Source: Noviherbaspirillum sp. (lineage in GTDB: Bacteria; Pseudomonadota; Gammaproteobacteria; Burkholderiales; Burkholderiaceae_D). Taken from it: 24,000 bases of DNA. Every line of letters begins with the position of its first letter. Within the stretch, counting starts at the first letter, position 1. Position numbers and translations under genes: made by a program. The notes under the pieces were generated by a model. The model did not search any database. It was not told the DNA's origin and saw nothing but the letters and a program-made list of their open reading frames with translations. Location of the stretch: positions 128,472 through 152,471 of the forward strand of contig DASPMC010000057.1 of the NCBI GenBank assembly GCA_035627275.1, read 5' to 3'. Below, piece by piece: positions 1 through 9,332 of the stretch.

Positions 1-623
1 TCCGGGCCTGTTTGCAGTTTCTTGCGCAGCTTGTAGACATGCTGCTCGATCGTGCGGCCGACGATATCTCCCTGCACGCCCCAGATCGCGTTACCGATCG
101 TCTGTCGTGACACGTACACACCGGGGGCGGAAAAGAACAGCCAGGCAATCGTGAACTCGCGTGCGGTCACGATGATCGGTTCGCCGCGATAGGTAATGCT
201 GCTTGCCTCCCTGTCGAGTACGTAGCCGCCGAGCTCGATCACCCGCTGCACGTTGCGGCGGTTGCAGCGGCGCATCAACGCATTGATGCGCGCGATCAGT
301 TCGGTGGGGTCGATGGATTTCGTGACGAATTCGTCTGCACCTGCTCCAAGCGTCATCGCCAGCAGGTCTGCGCTATAGACCGGAGAAAGGACGACTACCG
401 GGGTGCTGTCATCGGAACGGCAGTTCAGCCAGGTGAAGATGCTTTCCTGGTCTTGCAGGCCGGTGGCGATGTCGACGAGGATGGCGCCAAAACTGCGTTG
501 CTTGAGCGCGCGGAGCAATGCGGTATCCGAAGCAAAGCGATCACACTTCAGCCCGGTGCGCGCAAGGGTGCCCTGAACCTGCTCGTAAAGGCCATCATTG
601 CGGATGTGGCATGCGATATTCAT
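1..623 (-). CDS. OmpR/PhoB-family response regulator (receiver + winged helix); C-terminus cut by the window edge
   Basis: Absent from the ORF track because it runs off the window. My minus-strand translation from the ATG at 623-621 gives MNIACHIRNDGLYEQ..AILVDIATG..VVVLSP..DEFVTKS, a receiver domain with the phospho-acceptor Asp, S/T and Lys present. It continues REFTIAWLFFSAPGVYVSRQTIGNAIWG..GRTIEQHVYKLRKKLQTGP, an OmpR-type wHTH. Confidence 0.85.
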   Translation of the reverse strand, partial: MNIACHIRNDGLYEQVQGTLARTGLKCDRFASDTALLRALKQRSFGAILVDIATGLQDQESIFTWLNCRSDDSTPVVVLSPVYSADLLAMTLGAGADEFVTKSIDPTELIARINALMRRCNRRNVQRVIELGGYVLDREASSITYRGEPIIVTAREFTIAWLFFSAPGVYVSRQTIGNAIWGVQGDIVGRTIEQHVYKLRKKLQTGP

Positions 624-768
624 GTGTAGCTCGGTATAAACCGCCGGGTTCAACAGCTTGCACGGCAGTTTGTTCGTTCCTTGTCATCCGGTCGTTTGAC
701 GGCCGGATGACTGAAGCGTGCAGCAGGATCACTGCCACATGCTCCCCCCAGTGGTACTTTGTTGTTAT

Positions 769-1533
769 CTACGTCAGCTGGCTCGCAAACAGCTTGCCGA
801 TTGACTGTGCTGCCGCCGTACCAGCGGTCAGCCTGGTTTGTTCCGCCTGTACCTCCGTCCCGAGGTAATAGCCTTGTGCGAAGTGGAATCCGAACGACCG
901 GATATCTTCCAGGTCATTTGCCGATTCCACGCCTTCGCCGATCAATGGAACCTGTCTTGCGTCGGCGAGGCTGCGCAGCGCACGGCGTTCGCGTGCAGGC
1001 ATTGCACGCCATCCGCCGCGTCCCGTCTTCGCAACCTTGATGAAGTTCGGTTGCAGCAGCAGGAAGCGCGATGCATCGCAGAAGCCGTTGCCGTAATCGT
1101 CCAGCGCAATCGCCATGCCCGCCGCCCGCGCGCTCATCGCAAATCCGGCCACGTAGTGAGGTTCCAGGATCGGAGCGGTTTCGGTGATCTCGATAACCAG
1201 GCGTGCCGGTCTCGCACGGAAGTGATCGATGATGTCGAGCAGTTCGTTGTAATAGCGTTCAATGGTCACCGGCGAGATGTTGACGGCCAGCCGCCTGTCG
1301 TCCGCGGAACGGGCAAGCGTCGACTCCGCTTCGCGCAGCATCCACAGATCGATTTCATGGATCGTGCGGCTGTCTTCTTTCTGCATCACGGTGTGCTGCA
1401 CATTGCGGCCATCGGCGAAACGTACAAGCATTTCCATGTACAGCGGTGCCCCGGACGCCACGTCGACGATCGGTTGCAGTGCATACGACTGACCTTGGTG
1501 CCTCGTCATATCTATTCTCACTCTGCATGGCAT
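769..1533 (-). CDS. Stand-alone EAL-domain c-di-GMP phosphodiesterase
   Basis: EAL-domain motifs appear in order: YALQPIVD, EMLVR (EAL position), AVNIS, EITE, DDYGNGF, FIKVAK, EGVE, QGYYLG. An alternative ATG at 1509 has a better purine-rich SD (GAGTGAG). Confidence 0.9.
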   Translation of the reverse strand: MPCRVRIDMTRHQGQSYALQPIVDVASGAPLYMEMLVRFADGRNVQHTVMQKEDSRTIHEIDLWMLREAESTLARSADDRRLAVNISPVTIERYYNELLDIIDHFRARPARLVIEITETAPILEPHYVAGFAMSARAAGMAIALDDYGNGFCDASRFLLLQPNFIKVAKTGRGGWRAMPARERRALRSLADARQVPLIGEGVESANDLEDIRSFGFHFAQGYYLGTEVQAEQTRLTAGTAAAQSIGKLFASQLT

Positions 1534-1858
1534 GCGATAGCCGGCTGGGGACAGGCAGAAACGGAGGACTCCTCATGCTCCGTTTTCAACCGCCTCACAA
1601 CTGAAGCCGCTGCTGATTCGCACGCTGTTCCATGGCGCCAGATCGATCGCCTTCACACGCCAGGATCCAAACTCGACTCGTCCTGGTGATGCTTCCTGGA
1701 AACGATTATGGGAAGCCGTGTTGTTGCTGTAAATAAGGCACACATTTGTGACCCGGGAACAGTTGTTATACCCGTGCAACTCCATTCAAGACCACTTCGA
1801 CTGCAAAATGACACCGATGCCTCGTCATCCGCATAGCCTCCGCCATGCCTAACTGGCA

Positions 1859-2494
1859 TCAGAAACGCCTTGCCATGCGGGTAGCGTCGATCGCAAGCTG
1901 ATCGTGGAATGCGCGATCGATCGCTTCGCCGTACAGCGTCTTTTCAATCACCAGCGCCTGTACATCTTCGACGCCGACAAAATTCAACCACTTTTCAAAA
2001 AATGGACTCTGGTGGTCGTAAGCAGATGCAGGCGTAGCGGACAGCGGCGAAAAATCGAGGCCGCGCGCATACGTCACGAATGCCTTCTTGTTGCGCAGCA
2101 GGCCGCTGAATCCGTGCTTCGGGTCGAAGGAAAACAGGATGCCTTTCTGCGACACCAGGTCAATGAAATGCTTCAGCTTGTAGGGAATGCTGAAATTCCA
2201 CATCGGGATGGAGAACACGAGGACATCGGCTGCGTGCAGGAAGCCGGCCAGTTCGCGCAGCTGATCCCAGGCCTCCTCTTGTGCTTCGGTGAGGGGCATT
2301 CCGCACAGGTCGGCATACTTTGCGTCCATCGTCTGCTTGCAGAATTCGGGGAGCGGCGTGGTCCAAAGGTCAAGCGTCATGACCTGGGTTCCCGGGTGTG
2401 CGTCTATATAGGCGTTGATGAACACCTGGGCGATCTCGCGGGAAGCGGAGCGCTGTTTGCGTGGTGAAGCTTCAACATGAAGAATCGAAGGCAT
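1859..2494 (-). CDS. Flavodoxin-like-fold FMN-dependent NAD(P)H oxidoreductase (azoreductase/AzoR-like)
   Basis: 211 aa. The N-terminus MPSILHVEASPRKQRSASREIA, the IPMWNFSIPYKLKHFIDLV segment and the overall length are typical of AzoR/acyl-carrier phosphodiesterase-type flavoproteins. Confidence 0.8.
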   Translation of the reverse strand: MPSILHVEASPRKQRSASREIAQVFINAYIDAHPGTQVMTLDLWTTPLPEFCKQTMDAKYADLCGMPLTEAQEEAWDQLRELAGFLHAADVLVFSIPMWNFSIPYKLKHFIDLVSQKGILFSFDPKHGFSGLLRNKKAFVTYARGLDFSPLSATPASAYDHQSPFFEKWLNFVGVEDVQALVIEKTLYGEAIDRAFHDQLAIDATRMARRF

Positions 2495-2892
2495 GTTTGT
2501 ATTCCGTAGTCTTTGTGTCGATTCAATTCATCACATTCGGGCGACGGGAATAGACAATATGTTTCAGTCCTGTCTATCTTGAATTGGAATGGATCGGTTT
2601 TCTTTGCCCCTGTACCTCGCGTTTGCGGGGGAAACCGATGCCACCGTTCGCCGCTTCTTCCCGGTTCATTCCTGTGTTGATGATGCTGGTCCGGGTGAAT
2701 TAAATATGCGCCGGAAAGGAATGTGGCACATCACCAAATCTGGTGAATCGATGGTGAAAATTCAGGTGTTTTCGTAGTGAGCCGCGAAGTGATGGCCGCC
2801 ATGGTGAGGAGGGTGTGCGGGCATCACCGTGCCTGCACGTCGATGTGATGCAAAAATTGAAACGTGACAGTCGGCTTGAGCGGTGACAGGCC

Positions 2893-5631
2893 CTACTCGG
2901 ACAACCCAAGATGGCGCAGGCGCTCGATGGCCTGCAGGCGGGAGTTCACGCCCAGTTTCGCGTAGATATTCTTCATGTGCGAATTGAGCGTATTGAGAGA
3001 GATGAAGAGGGCTTCGGCAATGTCACGGTTCGACGCGCCCTTGACGATATGGCTGGCGACGAGCAGTTCCTTCTTGCTGAAGAGCTGGGACAGCGAGGGA
3101 GAGGTCTGCGCCGCATCCTGTTGCGCATCGGGGCCGAAATGGCTGAGCAATGCATGCACGGGCGATTTGTAGTCGGCACCGCGCGCAAGCTTCTTGAGCA
3201 AGGCACTGATCGCGCTGCCTTCGTTGATGAACAGTCTCAGCAGATGCGTATTTTCTGCGAGATGGACTGCCTGTTGCAGCGCAGCGAGGGCATCGTCGGT
3301 GGCGCCATTCCCCTGCAGTGCAAGGGCCTTGAGAATCGATATCTCGACCATGGCCGTCAGGCGCTTGCCTTGTTCGGCGTCCGTCCACAAGCGAGCAAGC
3401 AGCTCCAGTGCTTTTTCCCGTTGTTCGGAAGCGATGAAAAAACGCGCCAGGACGATGTAGTCCGGCTCGCATCCGATCGCCAGCCGGTCGCCGAGCGACA
3501 GTTGCACGGTTTCGCTCCAGAGCCGCATGGTATCCATCCGGCCCTGACTCAACCATAGCCTGCCGAGCTCCGCAGGCAAGGACGGAAAGTCGAAGATGGA
3601 GCGCTCAAGATATTTCATCAAGGCCGCCTCACGGGCGGGCTCCAGTCCGGCGTCAATCGCGCCCAGGGCCAGCTTGGCGCGCGCCAGTACCACGCGTCCC
3701 CAGGCGTTATAGAACGGCATGCCCGCCGCAGTCATGTCCACCGCCAAGGTCAGATGTTGCACGGCAAGGGGGAGGTCGTTCATTTCATAGGCAACATGGC
3801 CCATGCCGATGTGCAGCAATCCGCAGGCGGGGAACTCCTGCCACCCCGCTTCCTTGCATTCCTGCAGCGCGCGTTCGAACACGCTCTTTGCATTCAGCAG
3901 GCGGCCGCGCGCAAGGTATACCAGGCCCAGGCCCAAGGTGGCGGCAACCGGAGCGAGCACGTCATACCTGACTTCGGAAATGGCGGAATTTTCTTCGAAC
4001 AGTGCTTGCGCCTTGTCCAATTCGCCCAGCCGGTAGTTCCCGACACCGAGGCAGGTGCCTGTAACGCGATACATGAGCTTGCCTGGCGGGAAAGCCGCAA
4101 GCGCATCCCGCTGGTTGGACATGGCGTCCTCCAGCCGGCCGTTATAGCCGTAGTAGCATCCGCGCAACAGCGCCACCTGGGCGCGTATTGCATTTGTTGC
4201 ACCGTCGCCTGAGGTGTTTGGTGAAGTGGCGAGAAATTTCTCGATGGCGCGTATATAGCGATCCATCTCCGCCGAGTTGTCGAGGTAGAAGTTCGCCCAT
4301 GCGCAGGTAATCGACAACCCGGGGCGCCTGGTCAGCAAGTCGGGCGGCATCTGGTTGGCCCAGGCAAGGGCGGTGTTGACCTGACCGTGCGAGAACAGGC
4401 TGCGATGCTTTTCCATCAGGTTAAGGGCGAACTCGTAGTCCGTGGCCTTGATCGCCTGGTTGATCGCTTCGGTAATGAAGTTGTTCTCGCTGAACCAGCG
4501 GCTAGCTCGCCGGTGCAAGGTCTGGATCAGGTCGGGGCTGACGTTGCGCAGGCGGTTCTGCAAAAGCGACGCGAAGAGGTGGTGATAACGGTACCAGACG
4601 CGCTGGTCATCGAGGCCGACGATGAACATGTTCGCCCGCTCCATTTCGTCGATCCGTTCGCGGCTGTCATTGGTTTCCATTACTGCGTCGCACAATGGTG
4701 CGCTGAAGCGATCGAGGATCGACGTCTGCAGCAGGAAATTCTGGATCTGGATGGAACGGCTGCGCAGGACTTCGTCCAGAAGGAAGTCGGTGATATGCCG
4801 GTTGTCGCCGGCGAAGTTCTGGATGAACGCCGTCTTGTCGGGATTGTTGCGCAGCGACAGCGCAGCCAGTTGCAGGCCGACGATCCATCCTTCGGTACGC
4901 GCCGTCAGCGTTTCGACCTGGGCTTGCGGCAGGCCGAACTGCATCACGTCGTTACAGAATTCCCTCGCTTCCTCAAGAGTGAATCGCAGGTCTTGTGTGC
5001 GGTACTCCAGCAAGCGGCGTTGCGCGCGGATGCGGGAGAGCGAAAAGGGCGGGTCGTTGCGGGTGGCGAAAATAAGCTCGACCTGCGGCGGCTGATGCTC
5101 CACGAGGAAGGCGATCGCGTCATGCACCGCCGTTTCCGTTACCGCATGCAGGTCGTCGAAGATGAGGCACAGGGATTCCGGCGACTCGCACAACTGATTG
5201 ACCAGCGTTCGCATCAAGCCTGCGATCGGCGGCGGCGGACTGGCCGTCATCATTTCCATTACCACGTTGCCGAAATCGGCAAAGCGCATCTGGATCGCGT
5301 GAATGAAATGCATGAGGAACCGGACCGGATCGTTGTCGCCCGCGTCGAGCGACAGCCAGGCAACCGACGCTTCCTTGGCCTTGGCCCAGGAAGCGATCAA
5401 TGTGGTTTTTCCGTAGCCTGCCGGCGCGCAGACCAGTTTGATGCGGGAGGATTCTTCCGATTGAAGCAGGCGCGGACGCGGCACCACTTTCCCGGAGCTG
5501 CTCGGGATGACAAATTTGGTTGCGAGGATATGATCGGACGCCGTCGGATTATGAGGTAAGGCTGACGCGTTCCGAGCACTAGGTAACTGGGTCATTTGAC
5601 CACTCTCTATGTTGCGGGGCCGAGGCAACAT
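2893..5631 (-). CDS. Large ATP-binding LuxR-family (LAL / MalT-like STAND) transcriptional regulator
   Basis: Walker A CAPAGYGKTTL and Walker B-like LIFDDLH near the N-terminus. A long helical/TPR-like middle region follows. The C-terminal LuxR HTH reads ELLVASHIVKGASNRDIAEALFISLNTLNSHMKNIYAKLGV. The start is ambiguous: TTG 5661, ATG 5631 (AGGAA upstream) or ATG 5595 (GAGAGTGG upstream). Confidence 0.9.
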   Translation of the reverse strand: MLPRPRNIESGQMTQLPSARNASALPHNPTASDHILATKFVIPSSSGKVVPRPRLLQSEESSRIKLVCAPAGYGKTTLIASWAKAKEASVAWLSLDAGDNDPVRFLMHFIHAIQMRFADFGNVVMEMMTASPPPPIAGLMRTLVNQLCESPESLCLIFDDLHAVTETAVHDAIAFLVEHQPPQVELIFATRNDPPFSLSRIRAQRRLLEYRTQDLRFTLEEAREFCNDVMQFGLPQAQVETLTARTEGWIVGLQLAALSLRNNPDKTAFIQNFAGDNRHITDFLLDEVLRSRSIQIQNFLLQTSILDRFSAPLCDAVMETNDSRERIDEMERANMFIVGLDDQRVWYRYHHLFASLLQNRLRNVSPDLIQTLHRRASRWFSENNFITEAINQAIKATDYEFALNLMEKHRSLFSHGQVNTALAWANQMPPDLLTRRPGLSITCAWANFYLDNSAEMDRYIRAIEKFLATSPNTSGDGATNAIRAQVALLRGCYYGYNGRLEDAMSNQRDALAAFPPGKLMYRVTGTCLGVGNYRLGELDKAQALFEENSAISEVRYDVLAPVAATLGLGLVYLARGRLLNAKSVFERALQECKEAGWQEFPACGLLHIGMGHVAYEMNDLPLAVQHLTLAVDMTAAGMPFYNAWGRVVLARAKLALGAIDAGLEPAREAALMKYLERSIFDFPSLPAELGRLWLSQGRMDTMRLWSETVQLSLGDRLAIGCEPDYIVLARFFIASEQREKALELLARLWTDAEQGKRLTAMVEISILKALALQGNGATDDALAALQQAVHLAENTHLLRLFINEGSAISALLKKLARGADYKSPVHALLSHFGPDAQQDAAQTSPSLSQLFSKKELLVASHIVKGASNRDIAEALFISLNTLNSHMKNIYAKLGVNSRLQAIERLRHLGLSE

Positions 5632-5988
5632 CGGTTCCTGCCATGGCGAGGTTGCGGACAAGACGAAATACGCCGCTCTTCACCCCGCCCGTCGGATTTT
5701 CATACTAATAGCAAATCGGTTCTATTGCCAATTCAATACAAGTCTATGCTGAACAAGCTGCCGATTTTCCACCCTCATCGCTTACTTTATCAGCGCTGCC
5801 TTACTAGATCCTTGCGAACCGGTGCCGCCGAGGCCCGGATTCAAGCTGCGAAGATTAGCGAGGAGTTCCTGACAGCATTATGTCAGGAGCTTGGTGGTTG
5901 TAGCATTTCGGTCAATGAGCTTGGCGCGAAATCTTCTTTCGCCCCCCTGAAGGAGTGGGTGAGGATATTTCACCACAATCTTTCCGTA

Positions 5989-6023
5989 GCGATAAATGAT
6001 ATATTTTGCGGACCATTTATCGC
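5989..6023. promoter_or_regulatory. 9-bp inverted repeat GCGATAAAT-N17-ATTTATCGC immediately upstream of the LysR gene; candidate operator
   Basis: The perfect inverted repeat was read directly. It ends 19 nt before the LysR start at 6042, in the divergent LAL/LysR intergenic region. Confidence 0.35.
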
Positions 6024-6041
6024 GCATTGAAATAGATATCA

Positions 6042-6914
6042 GTGTTTGATTCCCTGTTACTTCGCAGCTTTGTTGCGGTCGTCGAGGAGGGCGGCTTCAC
6101 GCGGGCAGCCAACCGCCTGCATCTGACGCAATCCGCAGTGAGCGGACATCTCCGCAAGCTGGAGGGGGAAATCGGCAAGCCGTTGTTGCTGCGCACAACG
6201 CGCTCGATGGAGCTGACGCCGGACGGGGAAATCCTCATCGGATACGCGCGTGCGATCCTCAAGCTGAACCAGGACGTGAAAGGACAACTGGTCCGGGCAC
6301 GCTACGAGGGCATCATCCGCATCGGCGTTTCGGAAGATTTTGCCCAGGCCCATGTATTGCAGTTGCTCAAGGATTTTGCGGCGCAGCACGAAGAAACGCA
6401 GTTCTATGTGCACGTCGGCATACCGGGCATGCTGTTGCCTGCGCTCGAGCACGGCGACCTCGACATGGTGATCGGGCCGCAATGCGAATCGCGCGCCGGC
6501 GGCATCCTGCTGTGGCGCGAACCCCTGGTATGGGCTGTATCCGCGCAGTCGACCAATGCTCTGCCCAACCCGGTGCCGATGGCATTCTTTCCCGAGCCCT
6601 GTCCCTATCGCGAGGCCGCGCTGGTCCGCCTGACGAAAGAGGGTATTGAACAGCGAACTGCCATGCTGTGTGCAAGTGGCGCCAGCTTGCGCGCGGCGGT
6701 TGTGACCGGCTTCGCGGTGACACCGCTTCCGCTCAGTCAGATCGGAGACGGCATGCGCGTTCTGGAAGAGGGGCTGCCCAACTTGCCGGATGTACAGTTC
6801 ATGCTCTTTGTCGGCACCACGGTCCGGCACCCGGGCGTCAGCAAGCTGGCCGGCGCATTGATCGCGCGCTGCAAGGAACTCGCTGCGGTCTCTCCGCCGC
6901 AATCGGTTTCATAA
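6042..6914 (+). CDS. LysR-family transcriptional regulator
   Basis: The N-terminal HTH is LRSFVAVVEEGGFTRAANRLHLTQSAVSGHLRKLEGEIGKPLLLRTTRSMELTPDGE. A LysR substrate-binding-type C-terminal domain follows. GTG start. Confidence 0.9.
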   Translation: MFDSLLLRSFVAVVEEGGFTRAANRLHLTQSAVSGHLRKLEGEIGKPLLLRTTRSMELTPDGEILIGYARAILKLNQDVKGQLVRARYEGIIRIGVSEDFAQAHVLQLLKDFAAQHEETQFYVHVGIPGMLLPALEHGDLDMVIGPQCESRAGGILLWREPLVWAVSAQSTNALPNPVPMAFFPEPCPYREAALVRLTKEGIEQRTAMLCASGASLRAAVVTGFAVTPLPLSQIGDGMRVLEEGLPNLPDVQFMLFVGTTVRHPGVSKLAGALIARCKELAAVSPPQSVS

Positions 6915-6975
6915 CGCGTCAAATTTGCTCTCCGCTATGGGCTGACCCACGGTCCTGCCGATGCGTCCACAGTTT

Positions 6976-8244
6976 TCAGTAGTAGCCATAGATCAGCTTG
7001 TAGGCTGCATCAGGCACGAAGCTTCCAGCGGGAGCGAGGCAGCCGTCCGCCTCGCCCGGCATCTTGATCCAAAGCGTCATTTCCGGCTGGCTGCCGTCGG
7101 TATGCTGTCGTGAAGTCGCGCCGAGTTTGCGACCGGGCGGGTCGCACCATTGCGATCCGTACGGACCGTTTCCATTGCGGCTGGTGTCGATCACAAACGA
7201 TTTCGAGAAGCCCCTTTGCCGCATCAATTCCGCGTTGACGGCATTACCATACGCAGCGTTATCGCCTGTAGTTTGATAGTTGGACACGTTCAGCGAGAAG
7301 CCCCGGACAGTGGCGACGCCGGCCGCGATCAGTCGGCTGGCGATGACGGATGCCGGCAGCCAGGTGCTGTTGCCAGCGTCGAGATACAGCAGGGCATTGG
7401 GCGCTTTTGAACTGAACTGTTCGACGGCATATCGGAACAGCTGGAGCCGTTCAGCCCGTGCTTCATCGTTCAGGCAGTCGAGTTGGGGCAAGGCATCCGG
7501 TTCCAGGATGACGACCGCCTTTCGTACACCGATCGCGGCGGCGAATGCACTAATCCAGGACTGGTACTCGTCGGCTGCGTTGGCGCCTCCGGCGCTGTAC
7601 TGTCCGCAATCCCTGCCGGGGATGTTGTATGCAACCAGGATAGGCATTTTCTTGAGAGCGGCTGCGGCGCCCACGTATTGGTCGACTGCGGTAGAGATAT
7701 TGCCGCTCCATCCACCAAACCATTTTCCTGCCGGATTGGCAGCAACCTGTTCCCGGATCGCCGTCGCGCGGTAATCCGATGGGTTGTTCCGCACCCATAC
7801 GGCGGCGTTCGAATCCGGATCCGTGTAGAACGAGATCGGGGTGGCTGCTGCGGACAAGCAGCCTTCTCCGCTAACCGTGATGTCTGACGGCTGCGGCTTG
7901 ACACGGCCTGAGTAAGTGAGTGCCATGCCGAAGCTGATTTTTCCGCCCGGCGCGATGCTCGGGTTCCAGCCGTTATCCGTAACAACGACGCTTCCGCCCG
8001 AGATCCGGACAGTTGCTCCCCACGGCGGATTGGTCAGCTTGACCGGGCTGTCGTAGCTCCAGCTGACTTTCCATCCGCGCACCGGCGTTGCTCCGGAATT
8101 GGTGAGGACGACATCCACAACAAAGCCAGTGGCCCAGTCGTTGCGGGTGGCATACGTTGCGGTGCATGCCGACTCGGCGTTTGCCTCGCCGCCGAGAAGT
8201 GCCGCCAACAGGAACAGGAGAGTTTTAAAATTGAGGCGCTGCAT
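6976..8244 (-). CDS. Secreted endo-beta-1,4-glucanase: N-terminal CBM2 cellulose-binding module + GH6 catalytic domain
   Basis: Signal peptide MQRLNFKTLLFLLAALLGGEANA. The CBM2-like module CTATYATRNDWATGFVVDV..WNPSIAPGGKISFG..GEGC is bounded by two Cys. GH6 motifs are YNIPGRDCG, VILEPDALP and WIKMPGEADGC. The ATG at 8244 has GGAG upstream. The ORF-track start at 8262 is TTG. Confidence 0.9.
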   Translation of the reverse strand: MQRLNFKTLLFLLAALLGGEANAESACTATYATRNDWATGFVVDVVLTNSGATPVRGWKVSWSYDSPVKLTNPPWGATVRISGGSVVVTDNGWNPSIAPGGKISFGMALTYSGRVKPQPSDITVSGEGCLSAAATPISFYTDPDSNAAVWVRNNPSDYRATAIREQVAANPAGKWFGGWSGNISTAVDQYVGAAAALKKMPILVAYNIPGRDCGQYSAGGANAADEYQSWISAFAAAIGVRKAVVILEPDALPQLDCLNDEARAERLQLFRYAVEQFSSKAPNALLYLDAGNSTWLPASVIASRLIAAGVATVRGFSLNVSNYQTTGDNAAYGNAVNAELMRQRGFSKSFVIDTSRNGNGPYGSQWCDPPGRKLGATSRQHTDGSQPEMTLWIKMPGEADGCLAPAGSFVPDAAYKLIYGYY

Positions 8245-8420
8245 ACGAGCTCCGAAAAACAAGCGACAAACACGATGTCGCGGATAGCGGGCCGGTCACC
8301 GGCGTCGCAGGTCGATAGCCGAACATGTTCTTCAAGTTAGCCGTCGACGCGGCGTGCGACTACGGGGATGCTTCGTAGTGTCGGCAAGCAGGCGCACGAC
8401 ACCACTACGGAAAACAAATC

Positions 8421-8486
8421 GAGTGCGGTATTGCCCGCACTCGCATTTCAAAAAAAAGACGCCTTCCCGCGGATGCGGAAAGGCGT
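8421..8486 (-). terminator. Tandem rho-independent terminator-like hairpins downstream of the LuxR-solo gene
   Basis: Hairpin 8459-8486 (ACGCCTTCC...GGAAAGGCGT, one bulge) is followed on the minus strand by a T8 run (A8 on plus at 8450-8457). A second perfect hairpin, GAGTGCGG-tattgc-CCGCACTC (8421-8442), is followed on the minus strand by GATTTGTTTT. Confidence 0.55.
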
Positions 8487-8516
8487 TCAAGCCCAACTGA
8501 GGGGGAGGGCAGGAGA

Positions 8517-9332
8517 CTATACGATGGCCAGCCGGCCGGCGACGTAGGCCAGCTGGGCGCGATTCATGGCCTGGTACTTTCGGCGCAGCGCGCGAAGGTG
8601 ATAATCGATGTTGTGCACAGTCGTACGCAGACCTCGGGCAATTTCCTTGTCGCTCAACCCCTTCGATACACCTGCGAGCACATGCTTCTGCATATCGGAT
8701 AAATCATCGATTTCGGATCGCCGCATCAGGCCGGCCGTGCAGCCCTTGATGAACTCGTGTACGGAGAGTCCGAGGATGAGTGCCTGGCCCGCGATACTGG
8801 GAGCGATCCAATCCTTTGTCGTATTGGCCGAGTTGATGCAGATCGCGACCTGCATGGACGACAACGGAACCGTCAGGCTGAACGCGACTCCGCTATTCAT
8901 CCCGTGTTTCGCCAGGTCGTCGAGAAAGCTGCGCATGTGTGGACTAAGCATGTTTCCGGGTTGTGTACGAGCGAGGTAGCGCAGGTCCCAGATTAGTGGA
9001 ACCGGGCACGTCCGAATCGCTTCAAGGCGCGGATCCAGCGCATGGAAGCCTTGGCGGAAGTAGTCGGCGGTCCATTGTGCCGGCAAGTAGCTCTTGAGGA
9101 ACAAGGTCTTTTCTGTGCGCTCACCAGAAAGCTGCCGTACCTCATAGTGCAGGGAGTTGAAGCCCATGATCGACAGCATGCTGCGAATGTTCGTCATGCG
9201 CGCAGCGGGCGTCGACGCGGCTACGAGTTCGTTGGTGACGCGGAGGCGATTGTCGTAGGAGGCAGTGCCCTGGTCGAATGCGAGATCGTGCTCTTCAATG
9301 AACGTGACATCCTGGTCGTTGAAGTTCTGCAT
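8517..9332 (-). CDS. LuxR-family quorum-sensing-type regulator (autoinducer-binding domain + LuxR HTH), no cognate luxI in the window (solo)
   Basis: The autoinducer-binding signature W-x3-Y-x8-DP-x13-W (AQWTADYFRQGFHALDPRLEAIRTCPVPLIWD) has the same spacing as TraR W57/Y61/D70/P71/W85. The C-terminal HTH is LSDKEIARGLRTTVHNIDYHLRALRRKY. ATG at 9332. The ORF-track start at 9353 is TTG. Confidence 0.85.
   Translation of the reverse strand: MQNFNDQDVTFIEEHDLAFDQGTASYDNRLRVTNELVAASTPAARMTNIRSMLSIMGFNSLHYEVRQLSGERTEKTLFLKSYLPAQWTADYFRQGFHALDPRLEAIRTCPVPLIWDLRYLARTQPGNMLSPHMRSFLDDLAKHGMNSGVAFSLTVPLSSMQVAICINSANTTKDWIAPSIAGQALILGLSVHEFIKGCTAGLMRRSEIDDLSDMQKHVLAGVSKGLSDKEIARGLRTTVHNIDYHLRALRRKYQAMNRAQLAYVAGRLAIV

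Noticed and set aside
838-1689. Long antisense ORFs opposite recognised genes: 838..1689, 4387..5559, 6057..6902, 9765..10679, 11382..12812, 12145..13008, 18840..19775, 19848..20603, 17455..18120 and 17774..18421.
   Set aside because: These are typical high-GC shadow ORFs. Their translations are R/C/H/G-rich with no recognisable motifs, whereas the opposite strand carries clear domain signatures in every case.
2495-2892. Small ORFs (2589..2777, 2700..2909) and a 7-bp inverted repeat ATAGACA-N14-TGTCTAT upstream of the azoreductase-like gene.
   Set aside because: The ORFs lack SDs and motifs. The inverted repeat is short and could be a promoter or operator element, but nothing distinguishes it from chance.
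5596-6030. 144-aa plus-strand ORF in the LAL/LysR intergenic region.
   Set aside because: No SD, it overlaps the LAL gene start region, and its translation is low-complexity and promoter-like with no recognisable motif. The region is more plausibly a divergent promoter or operator region.
7801-7820. GTTCGAATCC, resembling a tRNA T-loop.
   Set aside because: It lies inside the GH6 coding sequence. The flanking bases cannot form a T-stem, and no acceptor or anticodon arms are present.
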